This document shows positions 27,707-38,785 of a stretch of DNA of 64,000 nt, piece by piece. The notes beneath the pieces are model-generated. The model ran no database searches, was not told the DNA's origin, and saw only the letters and a list, made by a program, of their open reading frames with translations. The translations under genes were made by a program, and so were the position numbers. The stretch lies in assembly GCA_046563655.1 (NCBI GenBank), contig CM102286.1, forward strand, positions 9,548,001 to 9,612,000, given 5' to 3'. Numbering within the stretch: the stretch's first letter is position 1; each line of letters starts with the position of its first letter. The stretch is from Yuukianura sp. NJ FZ-2021 (taxonomy: Eukaryota).

Positions 27707-28636
27707 ATTAATAGCGAAAGCTATATAATAGCTTTCGCTATTAATAATACGATTCTATAATACGATATAATACGATATATAATAATACGATGTCTGTCTG
27801 TCTGTCTGTCTGGAAAATATGAGCACGATTATCTCGGTAACTACTGCACCAATTTTAACCGGGTTTCCACCAGTCACCATGATATGACCCGGAGATGACC
27901 ACTATTGAATATTATTCCCCTGGGGCAACTCCTTCCAGGTCAAAGGGCAAGGTCACACGGTTTCATCCCCGGTAACCCGGAAAACGACCTCTACAAAAGT
28001 TGTTCAGCTCGTCGAGAGTAACAACTTTTGTTTATATCACATGACCCAAAGTGACCTGCTTCCGGGTCAAAGGTCAACTTTTTTTTTATATTAACGTCCT
28101 CCTAGCTGGGAAGCGGGGAGGAACGCACCCCACAGCGCCGGGTGACCCACCATCACACCCCCGCGTGACCCACCCTCACACCCACGAGAGAGCCACACAC
28201 ACACCCCCGGGGAAACCTTCCCCACACCCCTCCCCGGGGAACCCACTCCTTCTCCCCTGGGTAACCCAGCCCCTCTTCCCCCGGGGAACCCACCACCCTT
28301 CTCCCGGGGAACACCCACCCCCGCTTCTCCGAGGGTAGGGGGGGGGGCGAGAAAATCGGGGGAACAACCCCCACGCATCCTGATTTGATTTGATTTGATT
28401 TATTGGCCGAATGGTATCCTGCAAGCAGGTAGTTACACCATGGCGTATTAGATTAATAATTATGTCAATATCATTATAGTTAAAATTAGGTGACGGTTGA
28501 TTTACTAATTAAAAGTTAATGGTTAAAAAGAGTTAGGTTGAGTAGTAGAGTAAATGAATAAGGGAACGCAATGAAAATGAAAAAATTATTGCTAACTTAT
28601 AGTCAAAACTTAAAGTAATTAAAATAGTTAAAATAG

Positions 28637-31558
28637 TTAAGAGGAAGAGTCGGAGGAACTCTGGTCAGTATCTTCATCAGGATTTGAATCCAAACTTGAT
28701 CGGAGTTGCTGATTTAAAAAGAAAGTAGTCAGAATTTTTCTAGTTCTTGGTCCCGGGTTTTTGACCGCTTCTCTGTGTTCTTCAGGTATGGAGTTCAGAA
28801 TTCTAGACACTGAGGAAACGAAAGATTTAGGGTGATTTGCGCGGTTGTGTACAATGTACACTCCTGATCTTGTCGAGGTTGTGTTTTCTGAATACTTAGC
28901 GATTTCAGTGGAGATGACTTTGAAGTAAGGAATGTTGTGCTGAATCATCGATGAATAGATGAGTAAGTGATCCAGTGCACTTAATTGGGTAGATAGAAGC
29001 CACTTTAGTTGGTGGATTAATGCGTCTACACATTCCCGTTTCTTCAGTTTAAAAATGAAGCGGACACATTTTCGAAATATTTTGCTTATATTATTAAATT
29101 GGTGACGCACTGATTTTGACCACAAGACAATTAGGTAACGTAGTATTGGGAAGATGTATGAAACGATCATTAGTCTTCTGTTGTGATGTGACAGGAGATG
29201 CTGAATTGGATAGAGCGACCACAGAATTCGGTTACATTTTTTTGTTATGTTGATTATGTGGTTTGACCAAGAAAGTGTATTGTCTAGTTCCAGTCCAAGG
29301 GTTTTGAATGAGTCAACGCTCAGAATTCTTGTGTCACCTATGTTGAGTTGAATTTTGCCAATTCGTTTCACTTGACTTGGTTTACCAATAACAAGTACTT
29401 TGGTTTTGTCCAGATTCAGACCCATATGATTTTCTGCAGTCCATCGATTTACTGAAGCAATTGTTTCCTCTGCGTTGACTATTAATTGTTCCAAATGTTC
29501 CAATCGACCTCCCAGTACGATATTGTTGTCGTCCGCAAAAAGCACTGGAGATCCATGTCTAATAGCGTATAGGAGATCATTGATCATAATAGAGAACAGG
29601 AAGGGACCTAATACAGAACCTTGTGGTACTGATAAATTTGTTTCTCTGGAGATTGAACTTTCACCGTTAGTTTTAACACTTTGAGATCTGCCATTCAAAT
29701 ATGACTCAAACCATGGAGATGCTACGTTGTACCAACGTAGTTTTTCACAAAGTATGCCCTTGTCAACTGTGTCGAAAGCTTTTCTTAAATCCAGAGAAAG
29801 CACTAAGCACACTTCGCCCCGATTTAGATGAGCATAAATAAGATCGGTCAGAGCGATTTGTGCCATCGTGGTAGAGTGATGGTTCCGAAACCCAAACTGT
29901 GCACTGTTTAATAAACTGTTTCGGTTGAAAAAGGATTTTAGTTGGTCGAGGGCAAATCTTTCGCACAATTTGGCAATCACTGGCTGAAGAGAGATTGGAC
30001 GTGTTTCACTTGGATGTAGTGGTTTTGGTGCTTTTGGTAACGGTATCACTGTTGAATGCTTAAGACATGTAGGAAAATGTCCAGTTTGCAATGACTCATT
30101 GATTATGTGTATTATTTGATGTTGAATATTCTGAGATCCAATGCTGTGATTCAAAATCCAATTCGATATTCCAAACTGATCCTTGCATTTATCAGTTTTG
30201 TTTTTGAGTTTCTTCCAAGTTTTGCCAAACAATGTAGAATTAATTTTGGAAAAACTGAACTCTTCACTGGGTGTATTAATGTGAATTGGTTTTGAAGGCA
30301 GAACAGTAGATATGTGCTGAGGTGTCGTGATTGAAGTGTAATATTTGTTAATTTCTTCAGCGGAAAAGGGAAATTTTTGATTTACATCTTTTGAGTTGGG
30401 ACGAATCTTGGAAATAGCTTTGAATGGTCCAATTTTCTTAATTTCAGTATTAAGTGAGTCTCTTCTGTCCTTAATGATGGCAGACTTGAGTGATTTCGTG
30501 ATTTGTTTGAGTTGAATGCGTTGAGTGATGGACAACGGTCCATTTCTTTGTAACTTCCTTTTTTCTGTAATCAGCATTTTTGTAGTATCAGAAAGTGAGA
30601 GTGGTAGTGATTTTGGCGTAAAGGACACTGTACGTAATTTGATTGTACTTTGGAAGTTTTCACTGATTTTTGACATGAAATCAAGGAAGAGAATGCCTAC
30701 ATCTTTTCCAAAATTGTCAAATGTTGTGTAGATTGACTTCAGTCCGTATTCTTCGAAGTCAAATGTTTTGTAGTCATGAAATTGGAATTTTGTTTTCTTG
30801 ACTTTGGGTTTCGACAGATTCACAGTTATAGTTGTAACACAATGATCAGAAATACCTGGGTCAAATACTTTGAGGTCAAGTGCCAGATCTGGGTTGTTAC
30901 AGAAAATTAAGTCTAGGATTGAGTCACCGCGTGTAGGCACTTTCACCAATTGTTTAAAAACTGAGTTGATCTGTTTCACCGCATGATTGCATTTTTGCGG
31001 GACGTAAGTAGAGTTAAGATTAAAATCACCTAGGACGAATGACGCTTTTTTCGTAGTATTCAGTTCATTAAACAATGACATAATAGTCTCAAGATCACAT
31101 TGAACAACACTTGGATTGTAGGAGGGGATTCTGTAGACGCTGCTGATGAGGACGGATTTATTATGGTTCAGTTGAATTTTTGCAGTAATTATTTCAACGT
31201 TTCTATTTTCAAGTAGATTGATGATTTTTTCACTAAAAGTAAGTGATGAACGAATTAGAATTCCGACTCCCCCTTTTCCTTGCCAATCTCGAACTTTATG
31301 AATAAAGTGATATCCGTCGATGGGTCTTGGAGGGTTATTTTCCTTTAAATGAGTTTCAGTTATACATAGAACGTCAAAGTTGTACAAGTCGAGTAGGATT
31401 TTTATTGCGTCTGCTTTAGAATTGTAGCCACAGACATTCAGTGCTGCTATACTTAGTCGATTCTTTAAAATACGAGGTGATTGGTTGATTTGATTTTTCA
31501 GAAGCTGAGGTTTGAGTCGGTGAGCACGGTCTGGAGAGGAACGGCGAGGTTCGGATAG
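28637..31558 (-). CDS. LINE ORF2: apurinic-like endonuclease plus reverse transcriptase (973 open codons, no ATG before the endonuclease)
   Basis: APE motifs LNVCG, DVLCITETHL, GGVGILI, YRIP, GDFN, PTR..SILDLIF and SDH. RT motifs RPISL, QFGFR, DLRKAFDTV, VPQGSVLGP, FADD and KTLGL. The frame is open from 31558, 57 codons upstream of the TTG used by the ORF track. Confidence 0.95.
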   Translation of the reverse strand, partial: LSEPRRSSPDRAHRLKPQLLKNQINQSPRILKNRLSIAALNVCGYNSKADAIKILLDLYNFDVLCITETHLKENNPPRPIDGYHFIHKVRDWQGKGGVGILIRSSLTFSEKIINLLENRNVEIITAKIQLNHNKSVLISSVYRIPSYNPSVVQCDLETIMSLFNELNTTKKASFVLGDFNLNSTYVPQKCNHAVKQINSVFKQLVKVPTRGDSILDLIFCNNPDLALDLKVFDPGISDHCVTTITVNLSKPKVKKTKFQFHDYKTFDFEEYGLKSIYTTFDNFGKDVGILFLDFMSKISENFQSTIKLRTVSFTPKSLPLSLSDTTKMLITEKRKLQRNGPLSITQRIQLKQITKSLKSAIIKDRRDSLNTEIKKIGPFKAISKIRPNSKDVNQKFPFSAEEINKYYTSITTPQHISTVLPSKPIHINTPSEEFSFSKINSTLFGKTWKKLKNKTDKCKDQFGISNWILNHSIGSQNIQHQIIHIINESLQTGHFPTCLKHSTVIPLPKAPKPLHPSETRPISLQPVIAKLCERFALDQLKSFFNRNSLLNSAQFGFRNHHSTTMAQIALTDLIYAHLNRGEVCLVLSLDLRKAFDTVDKGILCEKLRWYNVASPWFESYLNGRSQSVKTNGESSISRETNLSVPQGSVLGPFLFSIMINDLLYAIRHGSPVLFADDNNIVLGGRLEHLEQLIVNAEETIASVNRWTAENHMGLNLDKTKVLVIGKPSQVKRIGKIQLNIGDTRILSVDSFKTLGLELDNTLSWSNHIINITKKCNRILWSLYPIQHLLSHHNRRLMIVSYIFPILRYLIVLWSKSVRHQFNNISKIFRKCVRFIFKLKKRECVDALIHQLKWLLSTQLSALDHLLIYSSMIQHNIPYFKVISTEIAKYSENTTSTRSGVYIVHNRANHPKSFVSSVSRILNSIPEEHREAVKNPGPRTRKILTTFFLNQQLRSSLDSNPDEDTDQSSSDSSS

Positions 31559-32308
31559 TCAAATTGGAGAACGTAACGTAATGCTGCTACGTCCGAATCC
31601 GGAAGTTTGAGCAACAGAAGAGAATGATGGGGCTTGAGATGTAGCAGTAGTTGTTTGATTGTTACCAGCATTTTGAGTTCGGTATTTCATTGCAAGTTTT
31701 TTTCGAGCACTGAAAAGCAGATCTTGTGTGATTTTGATGCCTGGATGTGTAGTTTTGATTTTGTCACGATTCTTCCAGATCATGTTTCTAGCTTCAAGCG
31801 ATGTAAAGATAATTTTGACAGGTTTGTTTGGATTTTGAGGTGTTGATTTGCCAAGTCTAAATGCTTCAGAGACAAAACTCGAATTGGTAGTTTGGAGACA
31901 ATTGGAGAACATCGTTTCGAGTCCGGAGAGAAGTGATTCTGTAGTTTCGTTTGCATATCGTTGAAGTCCATGTAACACGAGGTTGGTTTTGTTAATGGCG
32001 ATTTGCAGCTTTTCAATTTCTGAGTCATGGGTTTGAACGTTTTGAATTATGTACTTCTGCTCATTTTCAGTTGCTTGAACTCTTCCTTTGATCGAGGTAA
32101 CTTCAGCTGTCAGTGACTGTAATTGCTGTGAAAGTTCAACATGATTGGTTTTGACTTGGTCACTGAGATCTTTGATTTGATCTTTGATTGCAGTCAGGAT
32201 TGAGGCAATGTCAGTGTCACTCATCTTCAGTGCTTTTTGAGTGTTGGTTTCAGAGTTAATAGCTTTGCGTTTTGTTCCTCTGGTATTGGGTTTCTCCAAA
32301 GAAGTCAT
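31559..32308 (-). CDS. LINE ORF1 protein (coiled coil plus RRM-like domain), 249 aa
   Basis: Heptad-rich N-terminal half, then NLVLHGL...AFRLGK...KPVKIIF...ITQDL, typical of CR1/L2/L1-type ORF1. It lies directly upstream of ORF2. Confidence 0.88.
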   Translation of the reverse strand: MTSLEKPNTRGTKRKAINSETNTQKALKMSDTDIASILTAIKDQIKDLSDQVKTNHVELSQQLQSLTAEVTSIKGRVQATENEQKYIIQNVQTHDSEIEKLQIAINKTNLVLHGLQRYANETTESLLSGLETMFSNCLQTTNSSFVSEAFRLGKSTPQNPNKPVKIIFTSLEARNMIWKNRDKIKTTHPGIKITQDLLFSARKKLAMKYRTQNAGNNQTTTATSQAPSFSSVAQTSGFGRSSITLRSPI

Positions 32309-33319
32309 CGGTTCATCATCAGGAGGTAAACTAGATAAATACCAGAACTGGTGCCAGTATCTTTTGGTTTCAATTTGGGTGATTATGACCTTCGGGTCAC
32401 TACATATACTAATGTAAGACGGAACTTACTTATAGTCGTTTGCACGTTGCCATGAGTTAAATCGTAGTCAGCTGTTTGTTGATGATGATGATTGATGAGA
32501 AACTGTAATTTGTGTCACCGAGAGGTGCCACAAATTACCTCCCACCTGGGGTGCGGAGGAAAAAAGTGGGGGAACTTACCCCCGGGCACACTCCCTGGGG
32601 TGCGGAGCGAAAAAGTGGGGAACACACCCCCACTTCCCCGGGGGAGGGGGGCGAAAAAGTGGGGGGACCCACCCCCACTCCCTCGGGGGAGGAGAAAAGG
32701 TGGGGGAAAGCCACCCCACTCCTTCATGGATTAGACGTTCAGTTAGCTTTAAAAAACAGCCTTATCGCTTGAGCTATTTCTTATGTGCGGGGTACAACCG
32801 GTTTATTCGACTAGGTTAGCTAGTTATAAGAATAAATAAAGTATTATAGGTTTAAAATATAGTAATAATTATGATATGAATACATTTTATTCTAAATCGG
32901 TGCTACTTTGGTTAGATAATAGGTTACGTAACTTAGAAAATTATGTCAAATTTCAAAATGAGTTAAAGAAACTGTTTTTAGAGAAACAACTGAAAATTTA
33001 GCGAAACATAGAGGAAGATTCAAAACATAATTTGATTATTAACTTAACTAGCGTAAGACCACTTCGATAGGTTCCAGTTAAGATTTAGTCAAAATATGTG
33101 AGTATAGAGTATAGACGATAAATAAATTCAAATTCTTTCTCCCGAATTAGTTGACCACTAACTTGCATTGTTAACAATTGAACAATGCTGAAATGATATA
33201 CTCAGTAGAATTAGCAAAAAAAAACAGCGTTTCCAGTGTGCTCATATTAAAGCACACTTAACTATTGAAATCTACACAGTCTCAAGCTTCGAAGTTAAAT
33301 GGTTTAAAAATGTAAGATT

Positions 33320-34686
33320 TTAGTCTGCAGTCCGTGGGATAAACTCTAACACCAAATCATCATGGACTCTTGTAAATCCAAACTTTTTCCACATTCGAAT
33401 GGGAAATAGCGTAAGTCCAGGAATCGGCCGGAGTTCGAAATTGAGTAGCAAGTGACAAAAATGGAAACCTTGTTTCTACCAATGCAAACCGCATTCCGAT
33501 ACAATTTCTGGGTCCAGTGCCGAATGGTAAATACGTAATTGAATTCCTGGCTGCGTTGTTTTCAGCTGAAAAAGGTTCAGGCATAAACTCGTGGGGATTC
33601 GGATAATACTTCTCGTCATAACGGATGGTATCCATTGGAATGCCTTGTGAATTTTAGAATTGGCGCCCGGCTTCTCATAATCTTCCACACATCTAAGCTC
33701 CAATCGCTGAACAGGTGCATACATTCTCTATTTCTCCATTTCTATATTCTATATTTCTCTATTTCTAAAAAAGATAAAAATATAATAAATTCATGTCAAT
33801 GAACTAACAAACAAAGCCATTTTAAGTAATGCGATGAAGTCGCGAATAGCGGAGTTAATTCATAGGTTTCGTAATTCAATTTGTGAAATGGCGAAAACAA
33901 TTTGACCAAAAGTGAAATAGACAGAGGTTGGACAATCTTCCGGTGAAAATCCCTTCGGTGCAGTTACTTTCTAGTGCCAAAATTGACGTGCGCAGAAGTC
34001 CTACCATGTACTGCGTCAATGGAGGTTCCAGAAACTGCGCTTTGAAGAAGTTCCCAATTTGTGGGTAACATGACAACACTACGATTTTTAGGAGTCGCGC
34101 CGTATTGGTGATGGAAATCTTTTTGCATTGTTCAAAAAAGTACGATTTTTTTTCTCTCAAACCATCATTCTCCATTCCAAGGGCCGTAGCTCCAATCACA
34201 TCCACTGCGTAACCGAAGCTTTTTTTTTGTGGGTTTTGAGAATGTAATTTCTCAACGACTCACTGTACCGAAGATGTTTCATCATTTCGAAATGTTCGGA
34301 CGTCTTTCCATTCCGAACCACGCAGAAAAAATAAGGCTTTGGAAAGTAGAGGATCAGTGCCAATAAATTCTCTCCTATTCATAAAGTGTCCAAAATCTTT
34401 TATCAGGAGTTGTTTTATGACGTCCAAATCCTTGACGAATAGCATTCTCCGAATTCAAACCTGCCGCCACACTTTTCGTCGCCAAGGGCTTTGCACAAGT
34501 CGTCATCAGCATCAACTGGTGTTTTGCACCTTTCCAGACGTCGATGAAAGAGGATACATAGGTGGTTCCGTTTTCAAGGTTGATGACCCCGCGTTCCTTA
34601 CAGTAATTGGCATGCCGGTTCAAGTACTGCTGCAAAACGAGTAATAAGACCGGAACTAAAATAACCAGTACGAGAAAAATGAACAT
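33320..34686 (-). pseudogene. Cytochrome P450 (clan 3) pseudogene
   Basis: ATG and hydrophobic anchor at 34686, LFVKDLDVIKQLLIKDFGHF, DVIGATALG, PFGTGPRNCIG, ending LEFIPRTAD* at 33320. It has multiple frameshifts and deletions, and the central I-helix region is absent between ~33950 and 33765. Confidence 0.9.
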
Positions 34687-34858
34687 TTCTACTGTTCCTT
34701 AAAAGTTTCCAACAAAAACAAATAGAACCATTGGCTTCGGGCGATAAATGAGAAACACTTTCAATGGGTCCAAAAGCCAAACTTATGTCAGGCAATTGAC
34801 TAAATGGAGAAATAGCATGTAAGCGCAGAAGCGTATTTGATTTCCAGTGTTTATTATA

Positions 34859-35082
34859 CAGTGAGGCCCAGCTAAAAGAGTACACCCCTATTTTGTTTCC
34901 ATAGAGACGAGTTGAAACTTATGTAAACATGAGGGGAAAGTTAACTCAAAATTTGAAACTTTACCTAAACTGCTATGATGGAATTTTTGCAAATTGCACT
35001 ATTTCACTCGTTTTCCCTCCATAGTTTCGAAATTAAACAAATTACTGATTTCTGGGTGTACTGTTTTAGCTGGGCCTCACTG
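34859..35082. mobile_element. Tc1/mariner-type MITE (224 bp)
   Basis: TIRs CAGTGAGGCCCAGCTAAAAGAGTACACC and GGTGTACTGTTTTAGCTGGGCCTCACTG, flanked by TA on both sides. Confidence 0.88.
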
Positions 35083-35519
35083 TATAAATACCATTGCTCC
35101 ATGACTAAAACTTCTCCAAAAATGACAGACAAAAGCAACATTCCAGTTAACATGTACGGAAGAGATGTAATTTCGATAACTCCAAGAAAAAAATAAGAGC
35201 CTAATTTCGAACTCAAGAAAACTGACTTTCCGAATTAACACAACAACAAAATAAGAGGATGAGGACAGACTATGGTATTCCGTATATCTATTGGGTCGTA
35301 ATTCCAACTAGATATTACCAATGAGACGTTATCCCAATTATTGAAACAAGACTCTAAATTCAATACACAATTCTCACGGAGGAGCAAAGAAAAATACGTC
35401 TGCTCTGATCAATGTCTGGATGAACTCTTTTTTTATTTTACTTAAACTGGACCTTACTTAGACAGAAAAAGACTTATTCTAGAAGTACTAACAGATGAGT
35501 AAGCTGACTGATAGGTGTA

Positions 35520-36280
35520 CGGACGGATGAGGGAACTGACTGGAGGATACTGACTGAGGAGGGTATTCTGGCGGATGAGGTCTGTAGGAGGTGCTCCGGA
35601 GGTTACTTGGGTTGGATAACTGCCGTAGGTCTGCTGAATAAGTTGTGACGGACGAAGTCTGCCGAAGGAGGTCCGGGAAATAGTTGAGTTAAGTACTTGC
35701 CGGAGGTCTGTTGGAAGTGCTGACGGACGACGTCTGTCGGAGGGGCTCCGTGAAATACTTGAGTTAAGTATCTGGCCGAGTGGGCTGACAGACTTGTGGC
35801 AGACCAAGTCTGTCGGAGCAAGTCTGCCAAATAGTTGTCTTGAGTATCTGGTCGAGGTCGGCCGACAGACTTGTGACCGACCAAGTCTGTCGGAGCAAGT
35901 CTGGCAAAAACTGGAGTTGAGTTTCTGGACGAGGTCGTCTGACAGACTTGTGACCAACCAAGTGTGTCGGAGCAAGTCTGGCAAAAACTGGAGTTGTGGT
36001 TCTGGACGAGGTGTCTTACAGACCAAGTCTGTCGGAGCAAGTCTGTCAATTACTGGAGTTGAGATTTTGTACGACGTTGGCTGACAGACTTGTGACCGAC
36101 CAAGTCTGTAGGAGCAAGTCTGTCAAATACTGGAGATGAGTTTCTGGCCGACAGACTTCTGACAGACCAACTCTGTCGGAGGACTTGAAACACCTAAGTT
36201 GATGAAGTGGCCGAGGTCCGCAGAGAGAGCTGTAAGTCGGTGACAGACTTCTGGGAATAGGTTAGGTTAGGCTAGGATGT
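35520..36280. repeat. Degenerate tandem repeat (~60-65 bp units, CAGACTTGTGACCGACCAAGTCTGTCGGAGCAAGTCTG core), probably internal to a non-autonomous element
   Basis: The core recurs at ~35790, 35866, 35943, 36020 (partial), 36085 and 36152. It contains short internal inverted repeats (CAGACTTG/CAAGTCTG). Confidence 0.75.
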
Positions 36281-36710
36281 GAAACTTATAACTATGGGAA
36301 GGAATCTGAAATCTCACTGAGGAAAGGGACAAAATATGTATTCATAACCTATGCTATAACTGAGAAAAAACTAGTCTATACTACTAACTACGGGCACTTC
36401 CACAGGGGGAAGGCTGACGGTCACTCTAATTTAAATTAAAGAGGACATCGTCATTACAGGAGAGATGTAAGAGAATCCCTGCCAAATAACATATCTGCAT
36501 CGTGTGGAATCAGTAAACCTTGCATGAGCCTTGAATAATTATCTTATAAAAAAAATAGACTCCAGTGTCTGGCTGTGAATAATTCCATACAAAATCCGGT
36601 CTCAACCAAGAGTATAAACGTAGCGAAAGATGGCTCTGCACTAGCAAACGGCGGCTGTCCACGCCGCCGGCAGACTATGACGTAAACAGATTGGTTCCAT
36701 GCCATTGTTT

Positions 36711-37189
36711 TGATTGATTGATTTATTGGCCGAATGGTATCCTGCAAGCAGGTAGTTACACCATGGCGTATTAGGTTACTAATTATGTCAATATGATTAT
36801 AGTTAAAATTAGGTGACAGTTGATTTACTAATTAAAAGTTAATGGTTACAAAGAGTTAAGTAGAGTAGTAGAGTAAATGAATAAGAGAACGCAATGAAAG
36901 TGAAAAAATTGTTGCTAACTTATAGTCAAAACTTAAAGTAATAAATAAAATAGTTAAAATAGTTAAGAAGAAGAGTCTGAGGAACTCTGGTCAGTATCTT
37001 CATCAGGATTTGAATCCAAACTTGATCGCAGTTGCTGATTTAAAAAGAAAGTAGTCAGAATTTTTCTAGTTCTTGGTCCCGGGTTTTTGACCGCTTCTCT
37101 GTGTTCTTCAGGTATGGAGTTCAGAATTCTAGACACTGAGGAAACGAAAGATTTAGGGTGATATGCGCGGTTGTGTACAATGTACACTC
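36711..37189 (-). mobile_element. 5'-truncated copy (3' ~480 bp) of the LINE at 28381-32540
   Basis: Near-identical to 28385-28863, including the ORF2 C-terminus (YIVHNRA...SSSDSSS*) and 3' UTR. The tail here is (TCAA)n. Confidence 0.95.
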
Positions 37190-37270
37190 AATTGTTTGTT
37201 GTTGTGTACAATTGTTTCAAATAAATTTTTAGAAACAATTTTTTTTGAAGCAATTTACCTTTAGAATCAA

Positions 37271-38204
37271 CAAGCTTAGTTGCGCAAAGCTTGCTGGGGC
37301 TCCGCCCCATACCCGTTCAATCGTACTGATCACTGTTTAAGGTGTATCAGTAATGATAACTCAAATCTTAAACGACATTTTAACTCTATTTTTCAAAATA
37401 CGAATATACCTTACCTTAAACATACATGTCAACTTTTTCCAATTCTTTTTTCCAATTCGAATACTTCTCAAAGGTACACCCCTACTCAATTAATAACATT
37501 CGAATGTTGATAGTATTAACGTTAACCTCTTAGGTATGCTTTAGGTAATTAAATCCAATACTCGATAAAATTTTCCCAAGAGTTACTGCCGCCTCTGGCG
37601 TACATCAAAATGTTGCCACGCATGGTGGGATCACGTTTTGGTGGGTTTCATTGGGGCGTTCATGTGAAATTCAAAAATAGAAGCAGTTGAAGTAACCGCC
37701 GCCTCCGGCCTGCATCAAAATGTTATCCAAAAGTGGAATTTCAGCTGTATTTTTCAAAGTTCCAATTCCTCAAAAACTCAGTGTAAAAGTGAATTTTTCA
37801 AACTTTTGCCACGTCAAAAAGTTAGAGAACAGGTGAATTTTTCAAGAGACCAACATTTCCAGACGGTATAGTACGCGTGAATTTTTCCCCAGTCAAATAC
37901 ATACAAAAGTGGAATTTCAGCAGTATTTTTCAAAGTTCAAAATTCCTAACCGATACTTTCATAGATGTACGATTTTTTGAAAGAAAGGTCTTGGTTATTC
38001 TTATTACTTTTTTAAGGTTGTGACATCCGGTACAGTGTATTCGAAAACATAGAAAAAGTTTTTTCTTTGGATTGTGTTTTTGTGTCAAAAATTTTCAGTG
38101 TAAACAAATTCTCTCGTAACTATGCGGGCACCGAATTCCAAATCAACAAACGATCTGTTACTATGCATTCGCGGAATCACAAGAGCTCATTAGTATATAA
38201 TAGA
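37271..38204 (-). mobile_element. Non-autonomous Helitron (~930 bp)
   Basis: The minus strand starts A|TCTATTATATACTAATG and ends with hairpin GGGGC-GGA-GCCCC ... CTTG|T. Removing it restores a host sub-repeat (GAATCAA+TTGGTCATTTGAA, cf. GAAACAATTGACCATTTGAA at 38261), i.e. an A|T insertion without TSD. Confidence 0.68.
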
Positions 38205-38785
38205 TTGGTCATTTGAAACAATTTTTTAGAAACAATTCTGTTTGAAACAATTTACGTTTTGAAACAATTGACCATTTGAAAGAATTTGATTTGAAACAAT
38301 TCATTTGAAGGAATTCGATTTGAAGCAATTCATTTGAAACAATTGCGTGCTTCCAAAATATTACCCTTAACACGGAAGGAGTCACCAGGATCCACGATCA
38401 CACTTCGAGCATTAAAATTTGAATTAGCGTAATCTACCCTTAACCAGAAGAAAAACTTGGTTTCATTTGGAGATCACACTTCAAAAATTGGTTAGATCAG
38501 GAAAACCTTTTGTTTAGCCCTTAACCTAACCAGTTTTTCATCGTGAGACGTCACGCGCGGTGTTTGAAAATTTGCAATGTAAACAAACAGCAGCTGCTTA
38601 CATACACAATAAAGTTCAAATCTCATCACCTTAGTTCTAACGAATCACTGATCAATTCAATTAAGTATGAATACCACTCGGTGGCTTAATTGCGGTTGTG
38701 ACTCAACTAGCATAGTACTAGTTGGCCGGAACTCGCAATGTAGCCGTCGTTTTTTAATTCACGGCCGTCTATTTAGACGAGTCAA

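Larger units (their letters stand above)
28381..32540 (-). mobile_element. Apparently full-length non-LTR retrotransposon (CR1/L2 group), two ORFs intact
   Basis: ORF1 plus ORF2 (APE-RT). The 3' end is AATAAA overlapping a (TCAAA)n tandem tail at 28381-28404. The 5' boundary is approximate, set where the host repeat resumes. Confidence 0.92.
27705..32808 (+). mobile_element. HINE/DINE-1-like Helentron-type element, interrupted by a LINE at 28381-32540
   Basis: 5' perfect 20-bp inverted repeat (27705-27747), (TGTC)5 microsatellite at 27791, core GATTATCTCGGTAACTACTGCACCAATTTT, GGTCAAAGGTCA motifs and a 3' hairpin end near 32800. The flanks of the LINE rejoin into the CCCCACGCxTCCTGGGGTGCGGAG sequence seen intact at ~27526. 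Confidence 0.65.
36693..38354. mobile_element. Foldback/MITE-like element with GAAACAATT sub-repeats, carrying two nested insertions
   Basis: Ends GGTTCCATGCCATTGTTT and GAAACAATTGCGTGCTTCC match the termini of the elements at 42423 and 45668. Possible degenerate TSD AACAGATT/AAAATATT. Confidence 0.62.

Noticed and set aside
26913..28424. Long Cys/His/Pro/Gly-rich ORFs
   Set aside because: They are open in several frames only because of the minisatellite and G/C tracts inside HINE-like repeats.
36258..36278. TTAGG-like telomeric repeats (also ~24540 and ~42530)
   Set aside because: Only 2-3 imperfect units, embedded in interspersed elements; not a telomere.
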